Source: Ginglymostoma cirratum
Taxonomy: Eukaryota
NCBI GenBank assembly: GCA_024137785.1
Contig: JAHRHZ010000019.1
Coordinates: forward strand, 32,220,019-32,284,018
DNA length: 64,000 bases
Reading direction: 5' to 3'
Shown here piece by piece: positions 26,301 through 38,300 of the stretch. The notes beneath the pieces are model-generated. The model had not been told where the DNA came from, did no database searches, and worked only from the letters and a program-made list of their open reading frames with translations. The position numbers and the translations under genes were made by a program. Each line of letters starts with the position of its first letter. Position 1 is the stretch's first letter.

Positions 26301-29300
26301 AGCTCACCTACTGATAGCCATTTCTATTACAATGACCCAATCTAGTTTCAATACATTCAAGGAGCTTGTGTTAGCTTCATTTATACTGAAACCTATTTGA
26401 AAGAAGCTTGCCTCACCAAACATGCTTAGAAAAATCAACTATGAATCAAATCAGCAAGAGGACATTACTATTTATCAACAATTTGGTACAAATTCCATTG
26501 GTTGATGTGTTTTGTTACATTTTCCATGTTCCACATACAACTCTGCCCATTCAAATCAGGCCCAAATAAAGGATCCTTCATAATGAGTTCATGCTGTAGA
26601 CAATGGCAGAATATTGTGGCAAGATGGGCAGCACAGTGGCTCAGCAGTTAGCACTGCTGCCTCATAGCGCCAGAGACCCAGGTTTCATTCCAGCCCTGGG
26701 CAACTATCTGTGTGGAGTTTGCATATTTTCCCCCGTGTCTGCGTGAGTTTCCTCCCACAGACCAAAGACGTGCAGGTTAGGTGGATTCGCCATGCTAAAT
26801 TGCCCACAGTATCCAGGGATGTGCAGGCTAGGTGGATTAGTCATGGGAAATACAAGGTTACAAGGATAGGGTAGGGAAGTGGGTCTGGGTGGGATGGTCT
26901 TTGGAGGGTCGGTGCGGACTCAATGGTTCAAATGGCCTGCTTCCAAGCTGTAGGGTTTCTATTACTCTATGATGCAACGATGCTGAAATTGGAAGAAGAT
27001 ACCAAATGGGGCCTATTATGACTTGGGACCAGTAAAGACTTTTTTGAAGTTGAGAAAATGCAGACAATAGAGCCACAAGATGCCATGAAATAATGAACTT
27101 CAATACACAACGTCAGAACTATAATACAATCTATAAGACAAAGAAAATTACATTCTAACATCGAGAATTAACACGAAATAAACATGAGTTAGAAAAAGTG
27201 ATCAAATAGTCAACAGAACACATCAAAATAACAAATAATCAAGACTGACACCAGAAATTTCTCAGCAACTTTCTCCAGGCATTAACAAGAGTGGTGATCA
27301 TCAAACCTCATTGTATTTCACAAGGGATGACAATTCTTCACTTGGATGATCTGGCCTTGAAACTCCCTCAAGAGCCACTCCATCATGGATGGCCTCAACA
27401 CCTGTACAAATTCTAGTTGATCACCTGCCTTTCCTGGGACCACACTGCCCTGAATTCTGGAAACTCTACTTGTACTTATTCAGACACAACTGCAAATTTT
27501 CACCAGGCTAGTTACGTCTCAGGGTTTTTCAGAATTCCAATCTTGCTCAGTTGGATCAAGCTGCCTCTGTCACACATTGCCTTAGCAGTGGGTCCAGCTA
27601 CCTATTGGGCTTTGAACATCTCTTCCTTAACCTTTGACTGCTTGTAATGGCCTATTAAAAATCTTCCAATAACACCCCCAACCCATCCCTTGTTCTTATT
27701 TGGACTCCAAAAGTAAATTGCATCTTAAGCTAGCTGGCCATATGGAAATCCTGTCTACAATAAACAGGACAATTAAAACTGAGCCATTTACTTTCATGAC
27801 AGTCTACTCTTCATTATCAAAGAGTTATCACCAACAATGCTGTCAAGTGACACTTGCTCAGCAATATCCACTCCCTGATGCTTCGTTTGGTTTCTGCCAG
27901 AGATGCCAGTGTTAGTTCAAATGTGGACAAAAGAATTGAATTCCAGAGTTGAGTTCAGAGTGGCTGTGTTTGACATAAAGGGAGCATTTGACCAAGTGTG
28001 GCACCATGGAGCCTGAGCGAAACTGAAGGCAATCAGAGTCAATGGAAAAACACTCTGCTGGTCAGAATGATAGCTGGCACAAGGGAAAACAATTATGATT
28101 ATTGGCAATCAATCATCTCTATCACCGGATAGCACTACAGAAGCTCCTAAGGGTGGCATACTAGGCCCAACAATCTACAGCCCCGATATCAATGACCTTT
28201 CTCCCATCATAAAAGTTAAAGTATTCACTGATGATTGGATAAAGCTCAGCACCAATTGCAACTCTTCAGATACTAAAGCAGTCAGGATCTGTGTGTATAG
28301 GAGGTGATTAATGGCAATTAACATTTGTGTCAAAGTAGCGCTGGTCGATGGCTATCGCCAACAAGAGAATTTAACAACAGTGTGGAGCTGGAGGGAACAG
28401 CAGGCCAGGCAGCATCGGAGGAGCAGGAAAGCTGATGTTTCAGGTCGGGACCCTTCTTCACCTGACTCGAAATGTCAGCTTTCCTGCTCCTCCGATGCTG
28501 CCTGGCCTGCTGTGTTCCTCCAGCTCCACACTTGTGTAATGTGACTCCAGCATCGGCAGTTCTTACTATCTCTGAGAATTTAACAATATCGCTTTGCAAT
28601 TCAGCGGTATTACCAGCAGTGAATCCATCACTATCAACGTCTTTGGTCGGACCACTGATGAGAAACTGAACTGGATAAATACACGGCTACAACAGCAGGT
28701 TAAAGGCAAGTAATGCTGATGCAATTAACGGATCTCCTGTCTCTCCAGTGACTGCCCATCATCGACAAGGCACAAGTCAGAAATGAGAAAGCATACTCTC
28801 CACTTGCCTGGATGGGTGCAGCTCAAAACAATACTGAAGCAGCTCAACACAATTCAGAACAAAATAGCCCTCTTGACTGGTATACCATCCACCACCTCAA
28901 CATTCAGTCCCTTTTCCAGCAATACACAGTAGCTGCAGCAACGACAAGTTGCAAACCCACAGCCTCTACCATCTGAAAAGGAGATGGGCAGTGGGTGCAT
29001 CCCAACAAGTTAAACTCAAAATTACACACCATCTTAACTTGGAACAACATCACCCTTTCTTCACTGTCACTGGAATTCCTTTCCTTAGACTAAGTAGAAC
29101 GATCTGGCACCTCAATGACTGCAGCGGTTCAAGAACACACATCATGGCAACCTTCGAGGGCAATTAGGGGCTGGTCAAGAAATGCTAGCTGAGCCAATGA
29201 CACCCATTTTCCGTGAATAAAGTTTTAAAAATTACAGGACAAACCACAACATAAAATTCACGACAATAAATCTTCAGTAAATGTGAGTGCCCTTTTATGC

Positions 29301-32300
29301 TGAAAATTAATGTTATAGCTTGTATTCTTAAAATAGGTTTCTAACATTTCTACATTTCAAATTTTGCAGACCAGAAGTAAAATATCCATTTCCCATCCAC
29401 CAATCTTGCATGTAAGCCTGCCAATCAAGAGGATATTAATTCTTTTCTCATCCAAGCTACCACCAGATGGAGCATTTCATCAGTCAGAAAGCTTCATTCA
29501 CAAGCCAAATGCAACCATACTTCCTGATACAAAGTGTCACCTCTCATCCATCGAAAAGAACACAGTGATAAAAATATTTGTATGAAATGAAACAAAGTGG
29601 TAGTGGGAGAAGAGAATGCAATTAGCAACCGTACAAAAAATTTTTAACTACATTTTTGGCTCAAAATTTGTGTATATTTGTCTTTGCAAAGTATCACATT
29701 TTGGTTTGAAGGTGGCAAATTACAGTTCTGTTACTGGCCTGAGTGAAATGAAGCTGTTATTTTATAAATAGTAATTCTGACAAAGGGAATGCCACATGAT
29801 GTCACAGAGGCAGATATGACTTCTCTGGTAGGAAATGGTCATTCCCTGATACACATTTTGCAAATACTAGTTCCCACTTAAAACGTCCAAGATTTTTTGT
29901 GCACGGGCTTGAATTTACAAGCTTGACTACTTAAAGAACTGTGAATGGAACCACTGTGAAATTGCTTGCATCAGCTTCACTTTTGAACTTGTGATCAATG
30001 GAAAGCCATTGATAAATCAATGAAAAATATTTATGCTGAAGTTGCTACCATGAGGAAATCCTGCAGTGAAGGCCTGCAGCAGAGATGATTGGCTTCAATG
30101 ACTGGAAACACTTTCCGCCATGCAAGGTACTACTTCACTGGGAAATGTTTCTAGCACTCGTTGGTCTCACTTAATCAAATTCTTCAATAACAGATTAGTT
30201 AAATCTTGAGGTCATCCAAAACTGCTAACTGGCACCAGGTCCTGTTCGCTGCCCTATGTTGGCTGAGTTAAGCAATGCCTCAGTTTAAACATTCTCATCG
30301 TCCGCATTATTTGCAAATCCTGACATGGCCTCTTCCCGCCTTGCATCTGTGAATTCCTCCAGTCGTACAATCACTAAAGATTGTTACGCCTTTCCAATTC
30401 TGACCACTAATAATTATAATTAAGGATCTTTTGAGATGTGAAGGTGCTGGTGTTGGACTGGGGTGGACAAGGTCAGAATCACACAATACCAGGTTATAAC
30501 CCAACAGCTTTATTTAAAATCACAAGCTTTTGAAGCACTGCTCCTTTGTCAGGTGAAGGTTCTTTGTCAGGTTTCAAATAAACCTGTTGGACTATTACCT
30601 GGTGTCACGTGACTTCTGACCTTAATTATTAGTGGCCATGCCTGCAAAGGGCCTAAGCTCTGTAACTTCCTCTCAAAATGTCTTCAGCTCTCAACTGATG
30701 TTCATTCCTTTAAAGATGCTATTTAAAAGTTCATATGACCTAAAATCTCCTTGTCTTTCAGCCAATTTTGTGATGCACTTTAATACTTTATGCAAGTATT
30801 GTATGAATACAAGTTAGTTTTGGACTATATATAGGCATCCCACGTTTGCTTCACCATATGAATTCATCTCATGTCTATGTTTCAACCAAGACTGCAACCA
30901 AATCAGAAACCAAATGGTTTTGATGGAATCCAAACTTTGCACACTGGACAAAATAAGCACAGGCCCTTGAAATTACCTGCCCATAGTACTGAGGACTTAT
31001 GCTCCATAATAAGCTGCACCAATGAATTAGTGGCTAAGTGCTATTTGATCATTGTTAATAAATCTTTTCATAGTTCTTGCATTCATGAATGGAGCAATGA
31101 TGGAGCTAAGTTGGATTTGCTCTGCTGAGGACAAAATATGTATGTGTCTATTTTCTACATTGTTGGATAGATGCTCATTTGCATCTACCGAAGAACACTT
31201 AAAGCTGCAGCTAGCTTTGGAGCACATATCATCAGCATTATAATGGGTTACTGCTGTGGTGCTAAGCCCTAGCTTTGTCCAAACCATTTGATGTTATGAG
31301 GAATGAAATAAACTGGCCAAAAACTGGCAGTTGTAACAGTTGGCCCCTCAGAAGCAGATCAACACAGATCACCTACTGATCAATGGATGAAGATGGTTGT
31401 AAACATCTCAACTTCTACTTTTATAACAAAATGCTGGATTCTTCAAAAGCAAGAATGGGGTTGTCCATACAAGCTGCTTCCTCCCATTAGGTAGCATACA
31501 ATTCAGTCCAATTTTGTTCCTTTCCGACAGCTTCATAGCTTTACTAGATCGTTCAAAGTCATTCATGTTAGTATGAAACTTATGACAGACATAGAAAAAG
31601 GAGACCTGATGAAACCAGTTGGATTTTTATGACAGTCCAACAGCATCACGACCATTTTCACCAGAACTTTTGATGTTACAAATGGTTTTCAAAACTGAAC
31701 CTAAATTCTCAAGCTGCCATGGTGGGAGATGAATTCATTTCCCCAGATTCTCCGTTAACCAGGAAACTTTTTAAACAAACAGGATTCAAGAAAACCAAAG
31801 TATTTGTATAATCCAAAGATGACACAGGAGGGCATATGTCCTTCATGAAGGTCCCACTCAAAAGATCTGTTCTCTAACTGAACTGCAACAACATGCATAG
31901 CATCTCAAACATCATGAAACATCCCAAGGAACTAAAACCTGCAATACATTTCCAATTTAGTTTTCCAGAATCCTATGTTTCTGTAGAACAGCAAAATACA
32001 TGTCTTCAACTGCATCTTACCTTCCTGAGTATTGCCTGAGTTTGTCGTACAATGTTAAGGCAGCAGCCTCTTCATCTCCGTCAGTACTTTCCTGGTCCAT
32101 AGTATTTTCCTCTAGAAGCAGTAAACCACTGAGTCAAGATACTCATTTAAACATGCCAAAGTGAAGTTTTACTGGGACATCAAAGACAGTGTTTTTTGTG
32201 CTGGGGAGGGGTGGAATTGGAGTTTCAAATATCACCATGCACTGAAGATTGGTTAACAGTAGGAACAAATGAATCAGTCTGTTTTTGCAGAATGTAATTA

Positions 32301-35300
32301 GGAGGATACCATAAGAATCATTGCTTAGGTCTTAGCTAGTAACTATATACAAGAAGGACTCAGACGACAAAGTTGAGCATAATTTGTCTAAATTTGCTAA
32401 TGACACAAAATCAGATGCGAAAGTAAGCTACGGGGAGCAGCAAAGAGGCTACAATGGGAGCATACTAAAAGTTACGCTTGGTAACAATGGAACATAAAAT
32501 GGTGGGAAATCTGAAATTAACTTTGGAAAGGAAACAAAACCAGAATCTGTCTTAAACGGAGATAGTGTGGAAAATGTTGGCAGAGGGGCAAGGGATGCTT
32601 TTATATGAATCACATGAAGTTAATGTGCCAGTATAACAAGTTACTAGGAAAGCAAATTCTATGCCTGCTTTTCTAAACGGGGGTTAATGTATAAAAGTGA
32701 AAAAGCTTTGTTTCAACAGTGTTTAATCTTAATAAGGCACCACTTGTGCAGTTTTGACCTCCTAACCTCAGGAAGGACATAACTGACCTTGGCCAGAGCA
32801 CAATAAAAGTTCACTGGAATAATCTCATGGATGAAGAGAAATGCTGTGAATAAAGAAACATTTTGAAGTTAGTTTTCTTAGATTACCTGTTGAAGATGTC
32901 AGTAAAATCTGTACAATGTGTGCTGTCGTAACCAAATGGAAGAGATGAAGGTGACCAACAGCTAAGCTAACTCCTGTGAAATCTTGGCAGTGCAGAGCTG
33001 GGTAAGAAAGCACGAGGCTCACCTGTAGGGAGAGCAACTGTTACAAAAAAATGCTATGGGAACACTATTTTAGAGGGAGGAATGAGGAAATAGAACTTCG
33101 AACAATTAACTCAAACATAACATTGGAAATAAATAAAATGGCAGCTGGCTGTACAATGGACAGCTGCCAAAATGTGAAGATGATGCCAAAATGATGGCAC
33201 AAAGAAGGAGGAACATGGCTGTAAGATTTTAAGCAAAATAATGCAGGAGAAATAGGAGAAAGACGTTTCCTAAAATCAGCAAGTAGGAATGACTAAGAAG
33301 GCACCGCCTACAGAAGGTAGTGGATGCCACGACAAGCAATGAATTCCAAAGTTAAATTAGAAAGACAATTAAGGGAAATACGCTTCCAGAGCTAAGGGGA
33401 CAAAATTGGGAATGAGATTAAATGAACTGCTCTACGACGTGTAGGCATAAACTCCAAGGGCCAAATAGTTGTCAAAGTGGATTATAAAAAAGCCAGTTCA
33501 AGTGCTTGAAAGGATCCTTTGAACTCAATAGATGATGTACAAAATGCTAACACACACTTACTGCTAAAATTCCATTGCTGTCACTCACTCCAAATGTTGC
33601 TGGGCCAAGCAGACAATACAAGGCAGGATAACAAATTTAATTCAAGATCTGACAGTGGAATTAGATCATGATGGAAAGAGGAAAAGGAACTGGCCCATAA
33701 ACCTTTGTCATTATAATTTTAGTTAAGAAGACTGTACTTGTCAGAAAAAATAAGGATATGATTTTATTCAAATTTGATTCAAACATTAAGGTGATATTGT
33801 AATAAACCCTCAATATCACCGATTTCACACAAAGGAAAAACCCTTACGTGTTTTCTAAAATCAAAGCCACAAACGAAAGAGTTTGATGTTCCAATATTAA
33901 ATGTCACTTAAAAATGGATGTACTCTTCCTGTTAATGTCAGTTAAGTTTTGAAGAAACTCCATGTTATTTTAGGGAACATGAAAAAGGGTATCAAATTGG
34001 TTTTGTACATACATCAATAGTACTTCCAAGTAACTGAAACAAAATAGTTCACTTACTAAACCTAGTCTCAGTGAATAATCACAAAAGTTAAGAAATTACC
34101 TACCAATAAATGGAACATGTCTACATCAAGAATGGATGGAGAAATCTGAGTCTTATCATCATCAGGTATCAGAACTGAAAGGGAAAAATCCATAGAACAC
34201 TAAGTTTCGTTTCTCCATGCCAAATACTGCACACCAATTTATTAAAACTGCTTTTTGATCTATGTTCAATTAATATCAAAAGCGGCAAATGACTTGTAAA
34301 TGAGCTTTCTGAAGTTATAATTATAATGGTATACACTTATAGTCAAATATCCAAATGATACAGCACACAAACCTGATAATAGTCGAGCATATTGTTTCTG
34401 GACCACAGACAAAGAACTCACAGTCCACTGCGACGCGGCAAAACGAGTTAATGCCTTCAGACAGTCATCCTATAAAACACAATTCTAGCTGCAGAAAACA
34501 TCTGAAAATATAGCTCATTACAGAAACAGCAAAAGAACTTGCATTCAGGTGGTGTCTTTCATGACCGGTGAACATCCTAAAGCATTTCAAAGCCGATAAT
34601 TTACGCAGGTTAAAATATAACAATAACGTGCATAATTTCTGGAATAACCTGTATTAACTAAATTCTGAAGCACTTTCCAATGACCAAGTATCTTAATTCC
34701 TTACACCAAATAACAAGTTTAAAAACAGAACAAACTTGGAGACTGAGGTTAAGCCACTGCGAATAAGGAAATGGGAGTTAAACAGATAATTTACACCAGT
34801 CTTCACAGTGATGATACTTCAAACAAACCATTAATATTTAAAAATAAGGGAGGAGGATTTAAGGACTATCACCATCATGAGAGAAGTAGTACTAGCCAAA
34901 CTGATGAGGCTAAAGGCAGGTACATTCTCGGACCCTGATGGCTTGCATCGTAGGACCCTAAAAGAAGTGGCAACAGTATTAGCAGATGCTTTGGTTGCAA
35001 TTTTCTAAAATCTGTAGATTCAGGAGAATTCCTGGAGGATTGGAAAACTGCCAATACGACACCCCAATTCAGAAAGGGAAGAAGGCAAAAAGCTGTTAAC
35101 TACAGGCTAATTATCCTGTTGAAAAAGTGTTGGAATCAATTAATAAGTAATAGCAGCCCATTTGGAAAATCATAATCTAATCTCAGTCAGCATGGCTTCA
35201 TGAAAGGGAATTTGTGTCTCACTAATTTATTAGTTTTTCAAGGAAGTATCGACCAAAATGGATAAAGGGGAACCAGAAGATATATTGTATTTGGACTTCC

Positions 35301-38300
35301 ATAAGACATGCAACAAGGTACCTCACAAAAGGTTAAGTCATAAAACAAGGGCCCCTGGTGTTGGAGGCAGTATATTGCCATGGCTAGAGATTTGGTGAAT
35401 GGGCAAGAAACAGCAAGTGGAGATAAGGGACCCCTTGTCAGGTTAACAATCTGTAACTAGTAGGATTCCCCAGAGATCAGTGTTGAGTCCGTGACGGTTT
35501 ACAACATGTATTAATGATTGGAGGAAGGAAGCAAATATACTGTAGCCAAGTTTACAGATAACTAAAATAGGTAGAAAGGCAAGATAACAAGGTGTGGAGC
35601 TGGATGAACACAGCAGGCCAAGCAGCGTCATAGGAGCAGGAAAGCTTGACGTTTCGGGTNNNNNNNNNNNNNNNNNNNNNNNNNNNNNNNNNNNNNNNNN
35701 NNNNNNNNNNNNNNNNNNNNNNNNNNNNNNNNNNNNNNNNNNNNNNNNNNNNNNNNNNNNNNNNNNNNNNNNNNNNNNNNNNNNNNNNNNNNNNNNNNNN
35801 NNNNNNNNNNNNNNNNNNNNNNNNNNNNNNNNNNNNNNNNNNNNNNNNNNNNNNNNNNNNNNNNNNNNNNNNNNNNNNNNNNNNNNNNNNNNNNNNNNNN
35901 NNNNNNNNNNNNNNNNNNNNNNNNNNNNNNNNNNNNNNNNNNNNNNNNNNNNNNNNNNNNNNNNNNNNNNNNNNNNNNNNNNNNNNNNNNNNNNNNNNNN
36001 NNNNNNNNNNNNNNNNNNNNNNNNNNNNNNNNNNNNNNNNNNNNNNNNNNNNNNNNNNNGGGTCCAGGCCCGAAACGTCAAGCTTTCCTGCTCCTATGAC
36101 GCTGCTTGGCCTGCTGTGTTCATCCAGCTCCACACCTTGTTATCTCGGATTCTCCAGCATCTGCAGTACCTATGATCTCTTCGGTAGAAAGGCAAGTTAT
36201 GACAGGGATACTAAATGTTTACAGAGAAATAGTGATAGGTTAAATAAGTGGGCAAAAAACTGGCAAATGAAGTACGGTGTAGGAAAATATTAAGTTGCTC
36301 ATTTTGGAAGGGAGAACAACCAACACCATTATTTAAATGGAGCAAAATTACAGAATGCTGCAACTCAAAGAGACTTCAGAGTACTTGAGCACAAAACATA
36401 GAAAGCAAACACAAAGGTGTAGCAGGAAGGCTAAAGTAAAGCTGGCCCTTATTTCAAGGAGGTTGGAATACAAGAGGAGGGAAGTCTTACTGCAATTGTA
36501 CAAGGTGTTGGTGAGACCAGATCTGAAGTAATGAGCGCAGTTTTGGTCCCCTTATTTACAGAAAGACATAATTTCATTAAAGTTATTTCAGAGATGGTTC
36601 ACTAGCATGATCCCAGGTATGGAGGGTTTGTTTAAATGAACAAAGACTAAACAGGTTAGGACTTCATTCGTTGGAATTTAGAAGAATTAGCAATGATCTC
36701 ATTGAGACATAGTGGATTCTTAAAGGACTTGACAGGGTAAATGCTAGGATGATTTTTCTCCTCATAGGTGAGTCCATGGCCAAAGGACATAATCTCAGAA
36801 TAAAGGTGCCCCAACTTAAGACTGAGATGAGGGGGGAAATTTCTTTGTTCACAGGGTCGACTGTCTTTGGAAATCCCTGCCACACAGAGTTGTGGGGGCA
36901 AAGTCCTTCTGCGTATTTCAGGCTGAGATAGATAGATTCTTGATCAGTAGAGGAATCAAGGGTTACCAAAAAAGTGGATGTGAGGAATGCTGGATAAGCT
37001 ATGTTTTAGTGAATGGCAGAACTGGCTCGAGGGGGGTGAATTACATACTCCTGTTGGTACTTCTTATGGCTATGGTCTTATATACATATTCTGCATGCTA
37101 AGGTTTTCCCAGTAAGACTGTTGACAAATTTGTCATCAGCATTTTTAAAATCCTTCTTGAAAAAAATTCAAAAGCTGTTTACATTTTCCAATGTAATCTC
37201 TCATTCATTGTTTGCTCAACAGTCCTTATACATCTTCATCATTCCTACCTGCCGACATGGTAGATGACCAAACAGTGGCTTTTCTTCATCTGCTAGGAAA
37301 CGCTCTGGAAAAGAAAGAATAAAAAACATTTCTAAATGCTTACTCTAGTCTTGTTTAACATTGTTAAATTCAAATATTAAACTTTGCTAAAAGGAAATAA
37401 GTCAGCTTTTAAGTTCTGTACTACGAAGCAATTAATTTCAGATGTCTATACAAAATAGTCCACCACTTGGTAAATTTTACACAACATACAACTCTTACTT
37501 AATGTCAGTTTTATTGAATAAAGTCAACAAGGTTTTCAAATTATGACTCAGACGACAGTTTACTTAGCAAATAAAGCTGCTTATTAAAAGTAAATGCACT
37601 TAAATTTTGTTAATAGAACATTTAAATAAACATGTTGATTTAAATAGAGTACGCATTCTCTGAGGCTCACCTATTGCTTGTACTGTGTACGCACAGCTGC
37701 CCCGGCACATCATAGGCACTCGTGGATCCTGTTCATTGGGATGAACCTTGAGACCCACTTTGTATGTTGCTGTAGCCAAGGTTGTAAGCATCCCCTTGAT
37801 GCTTTCTGAGAAAGGATTCCTATTAACAGAAATGAAAAGCCACTGCAAGAAACATCTCAACCAGAAATATCTAAAAATGCTTAAGTGCAATCTTCAAGGT
37901 GTTTTCTTATTCATTCAGAGGATGAAGGCATTGTTGGCCTAGCCTGTATTCGATCCTCCAGCCAGAGGTCTGCTGCTTGCCGGCTCCTTTTCCTTGCTTT
38001 CTTTTTCTCCCCCCTCTTCCCACCATCCCCCAATTTGTAACTTCTTAAAGTACCCTACCTGGAAGGAATGGAGAACGGAGTCCAAGACCAGCCTAACGCA
38101 GAGGCGGGAGCAGAGCGAGTTCGGGCCAACTCCTGGAAGTGAGCCACAGCCAGAAGGGGAGCAAAGCTACTGTGGACCAAGTCCCGGAAGTGAGCCACGG
38201 CCAGAGCTTGAAGCAGGAGCGAAGCGAGCGCAGGCTGAGTCCTGGAAGTGAGTCGAGGCCGGAGCCCAGAGCGGAGCACAGCAAGCACAGGCCGAGGCTT

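Larger units (their letters stand above)
34770..37078 (+). mobile_element. CR1 LINE ORF2 3' half, interrupted by PLE copy 3
   Basis: [39 protein letters not shown]; collinear across the insertion. Confidence 0.9.

Noticed and set aside
35443-36293. Four long ORFs in the supplied track
   Set aside because: Artefacts of translating through 400 N; the mirrored peptides come from the inverted repeat
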